Counted from the stretch's first letter, positions 22,679 through 33,121 are shown. The stretch is DNA of 64,000 nucleotides from Candidatus Hydrogenedentota bacterium (GCA_963745075.1 CAVUWV010000024.1:288001-352000), one strand, 5' to 3'. Notes: a model not told the origin generated them from the sequence alone. A program made the numbers and translations.

Positions 22679-22709
22679 TTCTTCGCGTCAGCGATCCTTG
22701 TCGCTGCCA
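22649..22709 (+). mobile_element. attC site of the four-helix-bundle cassette
   Basis: R'' TCCCAAC matches the cassette start GTTGGGG at 6/7; ggatGcgctgGacgc pairs with gcgtcagcgatcc leaving two extrahelical bases; R' degenerate (GCTGCCA). Confidence 0.75.
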
Positions 22710-22825
22710 AATTTGCCATTCCCTCCCCCTGCATGCTAGGCTATCGTGTTTGTTTTCAACGCCCAAGCATTCCAACACACCTCCTACCGGGATCGATGGA
22801 AGTAGGGTAGAAAGGGGTTTCAATT

Positions 22826-23581
22826 TTGAGAAGGCCGCTCGTAGCTGGAAACTGGAAGATGAACCACCTCGTGGGGACGGCGGTGGAGACTACCAACGCG
22901 CTGAAAGCGTTGGTGGCGGATGTGGATTCGGTGGACATCGTGATTTGCCCGGTGTTTACGGCGCTGGACGCGGTCGGGAAGGCGGTGGCCGGGTCGAATA
23001 TCCAACTCGGCGCGCAGAATTGCTATTTCAAGGAAAGCGGCGCGTATACGGGCGAGCTTTCGCCGCAGATGTTGCAGGACGTGGGGTGCACGTGGACCAT
23101 TATCGGCCACAGCGAACGCCGGCAATACTTCGGTGAAACCGATGACGTTCTTAATCAAAAATTAAAGTTTGCGCTGGGTGCGGGGCTCAAGGTCATGTTC
23201 TGCATCGGCGAGACGTTGGAAGAGCGCGAAGGCGGCAAGATGAACGACGTGCTCATCCGCCAGGTGACCAACGGATTGCAGGGCTTGGCGGAATCGGATT
23301 TCGCGAACATTTCCATCGCCTACGAGCCGGTGTGGGCCATCGGCACGGGCGTGACCGCTTCGCCGGAGCAGGCCCAGGAGGCCCACGCCTTCGTGCGCGG
23401 GTTGGTCAAGGATCAGTTTGGTGCAACCGTCGCGGACGGTTTGCGGATACAATATGGTGGCAGCGTCAAACCGGACAACGCCGCGGAACTCATGGCGAAG
23501 CCCGACGTGGACGGTTCCCTCGTCGGCGGCGCCGCCCTCAAGGCGGAAAGCTTCGCGGGTATCGTGAAGGCGTCGATCTAG
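22826..23581 (+). CDS. tpiA: Triosephosphate isomerase
   Basis: AGNWKMN, IGHSERR, AYEPVWAIGTG, YGGSVKP. Confidence 0.97.
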   Translation: MRRPLVAGNWKMNHLVGTAVETTNALKALVADVDSVDIVICPVFTALDAVGKAVAGSNIQLGAQNCYFKESGAYTGELSPQMLQDVGCTWTIIGHSERRQYFGETDDVLNQKLKFALGAGLKVMFCIGETLEEREGGKMNDVLIRQVTNGLQGLAESDFANISIAYEPVWAIGTGVTASPEQAQEAHAFVRGLVKDQFGATVADGLRIQYGGSVKPDNAAELMAKPDVDGSLVGGAALKAESFAGIVKASI

Positions 23582-23597
23582 GAGGCTGATAGCAGCG

Positions 23598-24206
23598 ATG
23601 CTGAATCTCATCTTTTCGTGGAATACCTTGTGGGTCATCATGTGGGCCCTTTATTTGCCGGCGTCGATCGGCCTGATTATCATCGTGCTTCTCCAGAAGG
23701 GGAAAAGCAGCGGGTTCGCGGGCGCCTTCGGTGTCGGCACGGGATCGGAAACCGTGTTCGGACCCCGCGCGCGCAAGAGTCTGCCGGTGAAAATGACCTA
23801 CGTCATGGCGGGCTTGTTCATGTTCTTGGCGATGAGCATGTCGTTGGTGGCCGGTCGCGTACACCGCGGTGTCGCGCCCGGAGAGGTGAAAGTCAGCGAG
23901 ACGGATACGGCGAACGACATCTACAACGATCTGCTGGATGGCACCTCCTCTACGGAAGCGCCGGCGGAGTCGACGAGTACCACGCCGGAAACGGCCGGTG
24001 GCATGGGCGCTGCGGAGACGACGCCCGAGAGTGCCCCGCCGATGGAGTCAACGGGTGAGGCAAGCCCGGAACAAGCCGCGACCCCGGAGGCGTCGTCTGA
24101 GAGCACAGCGCCAGCGGAAGCTCCGGCCAAGGCGGCCCCGGGGGAACCGGCGCCTTCCGAGCCCAGTGCCGCCTCTGGCGATGACGGCGCCAAGAGCGCC
24201 AACTAA
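23598..24206 (+). CDS. secG: Preprotein translocase subunit SecG with long Ala/Pro/Glu-rich tail
   Basis: VLLQKGKSSGFAGAFG; two TM segments; conserved tpiA-secG order. Confidence 0.9.
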   Translation: MLNLIFSWNTLWVIMWALYLPASIGLIIIVLLQKGKSSGFAGAFGVGTGSETVFGPRARKSLPVKMTYVMAGLFMFLAMSMSLVAGRVHRGVAPGEVKVSETDTANDIYNDLLDGTSSTEAPAESTSTTPETAGGMGAAETTPESAPPMESTGEASPEQAATPEASSESTAPAEAPAKAAPGEPAPSEPSAASGDDGAKSAN

Positions 24207-24231
24207 GTTATCGCATTTTATGTCATTAGTT

Positions 24232-24271
24232 CCGGCCCAAGGCGCACACTGGCTTTGGGCCGGTTGTTTTT
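24232..24271 (+). terminator. Probable intrinsic terminator after secG
   Basis: ccggcccaa...ttgggccgg followed by ttgttttt. Confidence 0.65.
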
Positions 24272-24326
24272 CATCTATATGAGGTTGACGAAAGTGCCGG
24301 TGAGCGTGAGAAATCCCGAGAAATCG

Positions 24327-24483
24327 ACATCCCCCTTGATCCCCCTTCAAAGGGGGAGGGGGCCGGCCGAGTTTATTGGAGTTTTTGGGAGTGCTGAGCC
24401 AGGCCTGGATTCTCTGTGGTGCGCTTCAAACGGAGGTCCGACACTTGTCGGTTCCCCCTTTGGAGGGGGATCAAGGGGGATGT
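24327..24483. repeat. REP-like inverted pair (ACATCCCCCTTGATCCCCCTTCAAAGGGGGA family)
   Basis: 24327-24357 and inverted 24452-24483; same family recurs at 42419-42587. Confidence 0.8.
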
Positions 24484-24549
24484 TTTTAAGTTCCCCTCAC
24501 CAGTCGCAACCTGAGTCCTCACGACCTTCGGGGGAAGGAGCGCGCGTCC

Positions 24550-25803
24550 GTGGATAGGATTCTGATTCGGGGCGGACGACCGTTGCGTGGCTCGGTGCAG
24601 GTGCGCGGGGCCAAGAATTCCGCTTTGCCACTGATGGCTGCATCCATCCTCGCGGAAGAGGCCTGCACGCTTCACAACATTCCGTGCCTCCACGACGTGT
24701 TCACGATGGACAAGCTTCTGTCGTCCTTCGGGGCGAAGATCGAGTTCACCGGCCGCTACATGACCATCGACGCGTCCACCCTCGAATCTTGCGTCGCCCA
24801 TTACGATCTCGTCCGCAAGATGCGCGCGTCTTTTTTTGTACTGGGACCCTTGCTTGGGCGCTTCGGCAAGGCCCGGGTTTCCTTGCCCGGCGGTTGCGCT
24901 ATCGGCACACGTCCCGTTGATATCCATCTCAAAGGATTGGAGGCGCTCGGCGCGTCGATTGCCATCGAAGACGGTTACGTGTCCGCCGAGGGGACGCTGA
25001 AAGGCACGGACTACTCGCTCGACTTTCCCAGCGTGGGCGCGACGGAGAACCTGATGATGGCCGCGAGCCGCGCCCGCGGGGTCACGCGATTGAACAACGT
25101 GGCGCGGGAACCCGAAATAACCGACCTCGCCCATTTCCTCAACGCCATGGGCGCGCAGATTTCCGGCGCGGGCACGGACCTGATTACGATTGTCGGCGTG
25201 GACGCCCTCGGCGGCACGGAACACGTGGTCATTCCGGACCGCATCGAAACCGGCACCTTCCTGATCGCGGGTCTTGCGACCGGCGGAGACGTGACGGTCA
25301 TGAACGCCAATCCCGATCATCTGCCGACCTTTTTGAACAAGCTCCGGGAGGCCGGCGGCGACGTGGAGGTCCACGGTACGCGCATCCGGGTTACCGGCAA
25401 AAGCGGTCTCAAGGGCACTGACGTGACCACGCAGCCATTCCCGGGGTTTCCGACTGATTTGCAGGCCCAGATGATGTCCATGCTTTGCGTGGCCGAAGGG
25501 GTCAGCATCATCCGGGAATCGGTGTTCGAGAATCGCTTTATGCAGGTGGCCGAATTGATTCGGATGGGGGCTGAGATCGATCTCGACGGCAACGCTGCGA
25601 TCGTACGCGGCGTGAATGCGCTTAGCGGCGCCCCGGTGATGGCGTCCGACCTGCGGGCGAGCGCGGCGTTGGTCGTTGCGGGTCTCGCAGCCGCCAAGGG
25701 GGAGACCTCCATCGCGCGGGTTTACCATATCGACCGCGGCTACGAACGGATTGAAGAGCGCCTCGCCAGCATCGGCGCCGATATCGAACGCGTCCGCGAC
25801 TGA
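24550..25803 (+). CDS. murA: UDP-N-acetylglucosamine 1-carboxyvinyltransferase
   Basis: GAKNSALP, PGGCAIGTRPVDIH, PGFPTDLQ, DLRA, HIDRGYE. Confidence 0.97.
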   Translation: MDRILIRGGRPLRGSVQVRGAKNSALPLMAASILAEEACTLHNIPCLHDVFTMDKLLSSFGAKIEFTGRYMTIDASTLESCVAHYDLVRKMRASFFVLGPLLGRFGKARVSLPGGCAIGTRPVDIHLKGLEALGASIAIEDGYVSAEGTLKGTDYSLDFPSVGATENLMMAASRARGVTRLNNVAREPEITDLAHFLNAMGAQISGAGTDLITIVGVDALGGTEHVVIPDRIETGTFLIAGLATGGDVTVMNANPDHLPTFLNKLREAGGDVEVHGTRIRVTGKSGLKGTDVTTQPFPGFPTDLQAQMMSMLCVAEGVSIIRESVFENRFMQVAELIRMGAEIDLDGNAAIVRGVNALSGAPVMASDLRASAALVVAGLAAAKGETSIARVYHIDRGYERIEERLASIGADIERVRD

Positions 25804-25873
25804 GACGGTGTGCATGGGGCAGGGAATGTGTGGCCATGCGCGGTTTTGATTCAACGATAGCTTTCCATAGAAC

Positions 25874-25954
25874 GTCGTCCTGAACGCGAGCGAAGGATCT
25901 CCAGCCAGTCTCAATCAGCGGCTTTCAGATCCCTCGTTCCGTATCCAGCACGAC
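25874..25954. repeat. Degenerate palindromic intergenic repeat
   Basis: gtcgtcctgaacgcgagcgaaggatct ... agatccctcgttccgtatccagcacgac. Confidence 0.5.
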
Positions 25955-25975
25955 GGAAAACGAGCAGGTACGGAC

Positions 25976-27283
25976 ATGATAAAAGTAACGGAAATCCGAG
26001 ACGATGCTACCTTCGAGGCCGTGGTCAAACGCATCACCGGCCGCGGCGAGGACAACGAAGCCGATGCCCAGGAAGCGGAGAGACTCGACGCGACTCAGGC
26101 CATCGTCGACGACGTCAAAGCGCGCGGCGACGCCGCTGTCGTCGATCTGACCGAACGTTTCGACGGCGTAAAACTCGAACCGGATCAATTCGAGATCACT
26201 GTCAAGGACATGGACGCGGCCATGGCGGGCGTCGACAAGGAAACGCTCGCCGCGCTCGAACGTGCCCATGACAACATCTCGAAATTCCACAAGAAGCACC
26301 TTAGGCAATCTTGGGAAGAGACGGCTCCCGACGGGACCATCCTCGGCCAGCGGATCACGCCAATCGAAAGTGTGGGATTGTATGTCCCCGGCGGTACGGC
26401 CTTCTACCCCTCGTCGGTGCTGATGAACATCGTGCCTGCGCGTGTGGCCGGCGTGAAAGAGTTGATCATGGTCTCGCCACCTTCGTATGAAGGGAGCATT
26501 CATCCGCTTGTCCTGGCGGCCGCCCGGATTGCGGGGGCATCGCGCGTCTTCCGCATCGGTGGAGCGCAGTCTATCGCCGCGCTCGCCTACGGCACGGAGT
26601 CCATTCCATCCGTGCTCAAGATCGCGGGACCGGGGAACATTTACGTGACGCTCGCGAAGCGGCTGGTGTCGTCGATCTGCGATATCGACAAGGACGCCGG
26701 ACCGTCCGAAGTCGTGGTCCTGGCAGACGCGACCTCGGATCCCGACCAGGTGGCCCTCGAGCTTCTTGCGCAAGCCGAACACGATGTCGACGCGCGCGCC
26801 ATGCTCGTTACGTCGTCGGCGGAATTGCTCACGTCCGTGCGCGAGTCCATCACGAATCACCTCGATACGTTGTCCCGGGCGACCATTATTCGCAAGGCGC
26901 TCAAGGAATGCGGGGAAGTCTTTATCGTTCGGACCATCGAAGAAGGCGCGCAGTTGACCAACTTAATTGCGCCCGAGCACCTGTCCATCCAGACCGAGGA
27001 TCCCCGCGCCCTGTTCGATGCGATTCCGAACGCGGGCTGTGCGGTCCTCGGCGGCGGCACCTCCGTCGCAGTCGGAGACTACTACGCAGGGCCGAATCAC
27101 ATCCTGCCTACGGGGCGCAAGGCGCGCTTTTCCTCGCCCTTGACGGCGGAGGATTTCCGTAAGGTTACCAGTATTATTTCCTTTTCGCCGGAGCGTATGA
27201 AAGAAGTGGGGGACGACATCATCCGGCTTGCTAAGGCCGAGAAGCTCGATGCCCACGCCCGCGCCGTGGAGATTCGCAAATGA
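25976..27283 (+). CDS. hisD: Histidinol dehydrogenase
   Basis: GLYVPGG, GGAQ, GPGN, AGPSE, QAEHD, APEH, GPNHILPT. Confidence 0.96.
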   Translation: MIKVTEIRDDATFEAVVKRITGRGEDNEADAQEAERLDATQAIVDDVKARGDAAVVDLTERFDGVKLEPDQFEITVKDMDAAMAGVDKETLAALERAHDNISKFHKKHLRQSWEETAPDGTILGQRITPIESVGLYVPGGTAFYPSSVLMNIVPARVAGVKELIMVSPPSYEGSIHPLVLAAARIAGASRVFRIGGAQSIAALAYGTESIPSVLKIAGPGNIYVTLAKRLVSSICDIDKDAGPSEVVVLADATSDPDQVALELLAQAEHDVDARAMLVTSSAELLTSVRESITNHLDTLSRATIIRKALKECGEVFIVRTIEEGAQLTNLIAPEHLSIQTEDPRALFDAIPNAGCAVLGGGTSVAVGDYYAGPNHILPTGRKARFSSPLTAEDFRKVTSIISFSPERMKEVGDDIIRLAKAEKLDAHARAVEIRK

Positions 27284-28354
27284 AGTACGGCCGCGAAATC
27301 CTTGCCAACGTAGAGGGCTATGTGCCCGGCGAGCAACCGTCGGGTTCCGTCATCAAGCTGAACACCAACGAGAATCCCTATCCGCCGTCCCCGCGCGTGT
27401 TGGACGCGCTGTGGTCTCTGGCCGCGGAGAACGTGCGCAAATACCCGGATCCGGTGTCGCTCCGTCTGCGCCAAGCCTGCGCCGAACGGTATGCGTATGA
27501 GAGCGCTGATTGGGTGATTGCGGGCAACGGGATGGACGAGTTGCTGTCGCTGGTGATTCGTACCCTCGTCGATCCGGGCGACACGATACTGTCGCCCTAT
27601 CCGACGTACACGCTTGTACGAGACGCTCGCGGCCCTCCATGGCGCCAAGTATACGACCGTGGATTTGGGTGATCGCTTCCAATTGCCGGAAGAATTCTTC
27701 TCGACGCCCGCGAAACTCTGTTTTCTGCCGCGCCCGAACGCGCCCTCAGGTGTCTGTGCGCCGCGCGAGGCAGTGGAACGGCTATGTGCGTCTTTCGATG
27801 GGGTGGTCGTGATTGACGAAGCCTACGTGGATTTTGCAAACGACAACTGCATGGATTTCCCTCAACGTTACGAAAATGCCATCGTGATGCGAACGTTCTC
27901 AAAGTCGTTCAGCCTGGCGGGAATGCGTTTGGGAGTCGCCGTTGCGCGACCGGAAATCATTGCGGAGTTCTTGAAGGTCAAGGATTCGTATAACCTGAAT
28001 CTTGCAACGCAGTCCGCCGGCCTCGCCGCGATTCAAGACTACGACTACATGCTTTCCAACGTGTCGCGGGTTAAGACCACGCGCGATCGGCTTTCGGCGT
28101 CGCTGCGGGATTTCGGGTTCGACGTCCCCAAGTCGGAATCGAATTTCGTGCTGGCCCGGTGGAATCGTGAGCCGTCCGCAAAGGAAATCTTTGAAAGGCT
28201 GAAGGAGCGGTTAATCTACGTGCGGTATTTCGACGCGCGCGGATTAGACAATGCCCTTCGGATCACGGTCGGCACCGATTCGGAAGTGGACGCCCTGCTC
28301 GATGCTCTGCGCGGTATCCTTTACGGAAAGCCGGATACCACCACTGGCGAATAG
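27280..28354 (+). CDS. hisC: Histidinol-phosphate aminotransferase; frameshift near 27613
   Basis: KLNTNENPY, GNGMDE, IDEAY, RTFSKSFSLAGMRLG, LRITVG over two frames. Confidence 0.92.
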
Positions 28355-28366
28355 GTCGAGCAGCCG

Positions 28367-29797
28367 TCAGATAACCTCCCACTCCTCGTTGGTCGATCCC
28401 TGGAAGATCCGGCGACGATCGGATTCAAGCACGTTGGGTCGCCGCTGCAAAGCCGTTTCGACAGCGGGAAATTCGTCGAAGCGCGCCTCACCTTGCGTGT
28501 AGCGCAGAATCAGATGCAGGTACAGGATCAGCCGCGCGGTGCGGAACTGGCGCGGGGAACTGCAATAAATCAGCAGGCCCTGTTCCATGGCGTGGCGTAG
28601 TCCGTCCGTGAAGGCGCGCGGCCGCTTCGCATCCAGTTCCGACCAGTCGAACAGATCCAGGTCCGGCGTCGCGCTTTGTTCGGCCTGGGCTGCCGCCTCG
28701 AACTCGGCTCCCAGCCGGCCGTACAACTCGACCAACCGATCGAACCAGTAGAAAATTGCGCGGTATCCTTCGTCGGAGAGGTCCAGCTCGATCCGTGCTT
28801 CATCGATGGTCGCGCAGGTCTGTTGCGCCAGATAGGCCTGCCGTTCCTCGTCCCCCTCGGGGATCATACGGACCCGGGCCTTTTCGGACGCGTCGCCGTA
28901 GTTAAAACTCTCGAGTACCGTCGCCAGCTCGAATTTACCAGTCGAAAGCAGTGCCAATTCCGTGAACAGCGGACCGGCCACGGCATCCTGTTCGAGGATG
29001 GCCTCCACCGGTGGCTGCGGCGCGAACAAGCCGGCGCCCCACTGGTCAAAGAGCTCGCGGAACAGAGCCGTTACCCGTTCGCCGCACCCATCCGCCGCTC
29101 CACTGGGGGGCGGGGCGAGGCGGCGCTTGATGGGGTTGGGCGGCGCGCCGGGCCTCCGAAGGATGTCGTGCTCAGCCAGGAACCGCAGCATGACCAAGCG
29201 GTCCATGGCCAACCACGCCGCTTCTTCCGGCGCGCGCCAGTCACCCATCAGGGTCTCCGTCCAGCGATGAATCCATTCGCGTAACTGCCGGGCCACGTAG
29301 CTTCGCGGTTGCCGACGAACTTCGTCCAGCGTCCCGGATTCGACATTCGAGCGCGCTAAGACATCCCCGAATTCAGCAACAAACGCCGCGGGGGTGTCGG
29401 CGTAGAGCAACAAGTCGTCGGACTTCGCGTCGTATAGATAGGATCGGAAGAGGTCCGTAACAAAGGCATAACGCGCGCCGAAGACCCGGTTCATGTCCGT
29501 CAGAGCCCGGGTGATAGGGCAAAAATCGAGCGCCTTCTTGACGACATTGCTCGGCGGGTCGAGCACGCCGGGTAACACGAAGTAGGCGACCATCGTGCTG
29601 TGGCCGCCGGAACGGATCACGTACGACAGGGTCGTCGGGTGACCCGGCACCGCCGCCGGCTCCAACTCCTCCGAGTCGCCCCATCCGAGCAAGGACAGGA
29701 ACTCTTCTGCGTAGAGATGCTGGTCTTCGCGGGTGGAATCCGCCAGTTTCTCCCACCACGATTCACACAGCCGCTGGATTGCGCTGGTTGTTCGCAT
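28367..29797 (-). CDS. Hypothetical protein resembling a degenerate Type IIG restriction-modification enzyme
   Basis: Segments YAFVTDLFRSYLYD, LAMDRLVMLRFLAEHDI and LLIYCSSPRQFRTARLILYL parallel Eco57I-like proteins (judged by eye); catalytic motifs absent. Confidence 0.55.
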   Translation of the reverse strand: MRTTSAIQRLCESWWEKLADSTREDQHLYAEEFLSLLGWGDSEELEPAAVPGHPTTLSYVIRSGGHSTMVAYFVLPGVLDPPSNVVKKALDFCPITRALTDMNRVFGARYAFVTDLFRSYLYDAKSDDLLLYADTPAAFVAEFGDVLARSNVESGTLDEVRRQPRSYVARQLREWIHRWTETLMGDWRAPEEAAWLAMDRLVMLRFLAEHDILRRPGAPPNPIKRRLAPPPSGAADGCGERVTALFRELFDQWGAGLFAPQPPVEAILEQDAVAGPLFTELALLSTGKFELATVLESFNYGDASEKARVRMIPEGDEERQAYLAQQTCATIDEARIELDLSDEGYRAIFYWFDRLVELYGRLGAEFEAAAQAEQSATPDLDLFDWSELDAKRPRAFTDGLRHAMEQGLLIYCSSPRQFRTARLILYLHLILRYTQGEARFDEFPAVETALQRRPNVLESDRRRIFQGSTNEEWEVI

Positions 29798-29798
29798 G

Positions 29799-30404
29799 CT
29801 AAGCCACACCTTTCCCTTTTTGGACCGAATAGCCCGCGGCTTCGATTCGCCGCCAGATCACGTCGTCTCGTTTCCCGAGCAAGTCCAAACCTCGCGAGAG
29901 GTAATCGTCGATTCGTGCTGTCCTTTCCCGGAGTTCCTCCGCGAAATTTTCCCGGGACAGCGTTTCTACCGTGATGGATGGCGGGAGCGACACTTGCGGT
30001 AGCGTCGGGCCCGCTGCAACCAACAGGACCGTATTCGTATCTTCCCGATGAAGGGCGAGCAGAACATTCGGGTCGATGGCAACCGCTCCCCGTAGACGGT
30101 CCAGCGGAGTGGCCGCTTTTAACACGAGTGCCCGAAGTTCCTGAAACAACGAGAACATCACGTCGACCTGGTAGTACGCCCGGTTGCCTTCCGAATGCCG
30201 GTACAGCAATTCAATTGACTGTAAGCGCTCCAGCTCCCGCTGAACCGCCCGGATAGGTAGTCCCGTTGCGGCTTCGATCTGCCGCTGGTAGTACGCTCGC
30301 GTCGGGTCGACCATGAAGAGTCGAAGAATTGCCGCGCGCGCCTTGGAAGCGAACAATGTCGCTAACGCGGCGCCCGGCGTTTTTTCCCGATTTTGGGCGC
30401 TCAT
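29799..30404 (-). CDS. Winged-HTH protein fused to a degenerate nucleotidyltransferase (MNT)-like domain
   Basis: LFASKARAAIL...YYQRQI...VQRELERL...GNRAYYQ typical of wHTH-MNT fusions; no GS..DxD motif. Confidence 0.7.
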   Translation of the reverse strand: MSAQNREKTPGAALATLFASKARAAILRLFMVDPTRAYYQRQIEAATGLPIRAVQRELERLQSIELLYRHSEGNRAYYQVDVMFSLFQELRALVLKAATPLDRLRGAVAIDPNVLLALHREDTNTVLLVAAGPTLPQVSLPPSITVETLSRENFAEELRERTARIDDYLSRGLDLLGKRDDVIWRRIEAAGYSVQKGKGVA

Positions 30405-30450
30405 CTACCCTACGGTACCCCTTACCCGAACGTGCCAACTGCGCTAGCCC

Positions 30451-30515
30451 GCATTTCTCACCGCCCGAGAGCCCTCGTCGTTCGGACCCACTTCCCTGGA
30501 AGCGGTGAGAAATGC
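30451..30515. repeat. Perfect 14-bp inverted repeat
   Basis: gcatttctcaccgc (30451-30464) / gcggtgagaaatgc (30502-30515). Confidence 0.8.
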
Positions 30516-31109
30516 TTGCCAGAAAAACTGTAGGCTCACTGTTGAGGAATTCTCACGCGCACTCCGTAACGCCCAAAGGCTCGGACCGGCATCTGAAGCT
30601 CCAGTACGGGTTCGGTTGCCATTCTACCTCCTGGTGCGTATGAGAATTCCGGGCTAGATGCGGAATCGGCCCTAACCCGACCTGCAGGCAATAGTATACA
30701 GTTCGTAGTCATCATTGTCAACAGCGATCCCAAAACCATTCGAGGTCGGATCGTCAGCAGCGGCAACTTGAGCGCTTGCACTCGATTCCGGCCTGTTTTG
30801 TATCCCTCCGTACTCGCGGAATTCGGGGATTCGGAGAATTTGAGCCAGCAAGTCACAGATTTCGCCCGAACCTTGCTTCAGACGGCCCCATGGAAATGAA
30901 AAAGTACCAGACGGTAGAATTGGGAGTCTTCGATATTACCGAAATGTATGATTTTGGGCGACGGCACACCATGACGTAATCCACGGCATTTTGTCCTTCG
31001 AGGTTGTCGGCCGGCGCACGCGGGACGACCTAATGGAATGACCGGCAATGTCTTAGGGGTGCGCCATCGCTGCTTTAGGCAGCTCCCCGCACCCGCGGCA
31101 TGTCCTACT

Positions 31110-31125
31110 TGGCATATTGCTTGCT
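31110..31125 (+). promoter_or_regulatory. Sigma54 (-24/-12) promoter of glnK-amtB
   Basis: TGGCAT-ATTGC-TTGCT matches TGGCAC-N5-TTGCW. Confidence 0.8.
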
Positions 31126-31195
31126 CTTCTTCCTCGCCAAGTGCACTTATCCGGACGAAGACGTAGGAATGTCACTTACGGACATTTCGACTTAA

Positions 31196-31567
<372 letters not shown>

Positions 31568-31671
31568 TGCGCGCGAGCACTGGTCCGGAGCGGCGTGGCG
31601 AGCGCTCGCGGCCGGCACATGGGGAGCCTGGAGCGCAATCGCGCTCAACCGAAGAAAGAGGAGATCCTGTA

Positions 31672-33057
31672 ATGGGCTTGTTTCGTAAGATGACTTTCAC
31701 GTCGGCGGCTCGGTACGCGCGGGTTTTGCTACTGCTGATGGTGTTGTGCGCCCCGGTCCTTTCCGCAGCGGCCCAGGAGGCGACGGACGTTACCGTCGAC
31801 GTCGTTGAAAACGTCCCGGTTGCCGACACGGGCGACACGGCCTGGATGTTGACGTCCACCGCACTGGTGTTGTTCATGACCATTCCCGGATTGTCGTTGT
31901 TCTACGGCGGGCTGGTGCGAACCAAGAATGTCTTGTCGGTGTTGATGCAGTGTTTCACAATCACCGCCCTCGTGACGATTCTATGGTTCGCCTATGGATA
32001 CAGCCTCGCCTTCGACACGACCGGCATGGTGAAGGGCACGCTGAATTTTCATTCGTTCGTCGGTGGGTTTTCCCACGTGTTTCTCCGGGGTGTCACTCCA
32101 GATGCGGTGTCCGGCACAATTCCCTTATCCGTATTTGTTTGTTTCCAGTTGACCTTCGCGATCATCACGCCGGCGCTTATCGCGGGCGCCTTCGCCGAGC
32201 GCATGAAGTTCTCCGCCGTTCTGTTGTTTACGGGACTGTGGTTTACTTTTGTTTACGCGCCGATCTGTCACATGGTATGGGCTGGAGACGGTTCGCTCCT
32301 GGGCGACCTCTGGGGCGTGTTGGACTTTGCCGGCGGCACGGTCGTCCATATCAATGCCGGTGTCGCGGCCCTCATCGCTGCGCTTCTGGTCGGGAAACGC
32401 AAGGGGTATCCCACGACTGCCATGCCTCCGCATAATATGACTTTGACCGTCACCGGCGCCGGCATGCTCTGGGTCGGTTGGTTCGGGTTCAACGCAGGCA
32501 GCGCGGTCGCGGCGAACGGTTCTGCAGGCATGGCCATGCTGGTCACGCAGATCGCGACAGCGGCGGCGGCCCTGATCTGGATGTTTATTGAATGGGGCAA
32601 ACACGGCAAGCCCAGCGCCTTGGGTACGGTCACCGGCGCCGTCGCGGGACTGGTCGCCATCACCCCGGCTTCGGGTACGGTGGGGCCGTTTGGCGCGCTG
32701 ATCGTCGGCCTGGCATCCGGCGGGATTTGTTTCCTCGGCGCTACCACGCTGAAACGCGCTATGGGATACGACGATTCGCTGGACGCCTTCGGTGTGCATG
32801 GAATCGGTGGGCTCGTGGGCGCGTTGTTGACTGGTATCTTCGCGTCGACGACCTTGGGCGGCTGGGAAGACATCAATATCGCCGCGCAATTCTTCCAACA
32901 AATCAAGGGTGCGGCGGTCACCATTGTGTACTGCGGCGCACTGAGTTTCATCCTGTTGAAGATCGTCAACGTCGTTGTAGGCTTGCGCGTCGACGAACAA
33001 CAGGAAACGCAGGGTCTCGATATCTCGCTCCACGAAGAAGCGGGTTACAACCTCTAG
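31672..33057 (+). CDS. amtB: Ammonium transporter
   Basis: DTAWML, FQLTFA, DFAGGTVVH, WFGFNAGS, DDSLDAFGVHG. Confidence 0.97.
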   Translation: MGLFRKMTFTSAARYARVLLLLMVLCAPVLSAAAQEATDVTVDVVENVPVADTGDTAWMLTSTALVLFMTIPGLSLFYGGLVRTKNVLSVLMQCFTITALVTILWFAYGYSLAFDTTGMVKGTLNFHSFVGGFSHVFLRGVTPDAVSGTIPLSVFVCFQLTFAIITPALIAGAFAERMKFSAVLLFTGLWFTFVYAPICHMVWAGDGSLLGDLWGVLDFAGGTVVHINAGVAALIAALLVGKRKGYPTTAMPPHNMTLTVTGAGMLWVGWFGFNAGSAVAANGSAGMAMLVTQIATAAAALIWMFIEWGKHGKPSALGTVTGAVAGLVAITPASGTVGPFGALIVGLASGGICFLGATTLKRAMGYDDSLDAFGVHGIGGLVGALLTGIFASTTLGGWEDINIAAQFFQQIKGAAVTIVYCGALSFILLKIVNVVVGLRVDEQQETQGLDISLHEEAGYNL

Positions 33058-33088
33058 GAAAGAAGTACCCCCGCAGGGCTGTGAAGGA

Positions 33089-33121
33089 TGTGGCGCGGAC
33101 ACCGCGGGTGTCCGCGCCACA
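33089..33121 (+). terminator. Perfect 15-bp-stem hairpin after amtB
   Basis: tgtggcgcggacacc-gcg-ggtgtccgcgccaca. Confidence 0.7.

Noticed and set aside
30536..30856. 106-aa minus-strand ORF in the intergenic region
   Set aside because: No recognisable motif or clear RBS; coding status cannot be supported.
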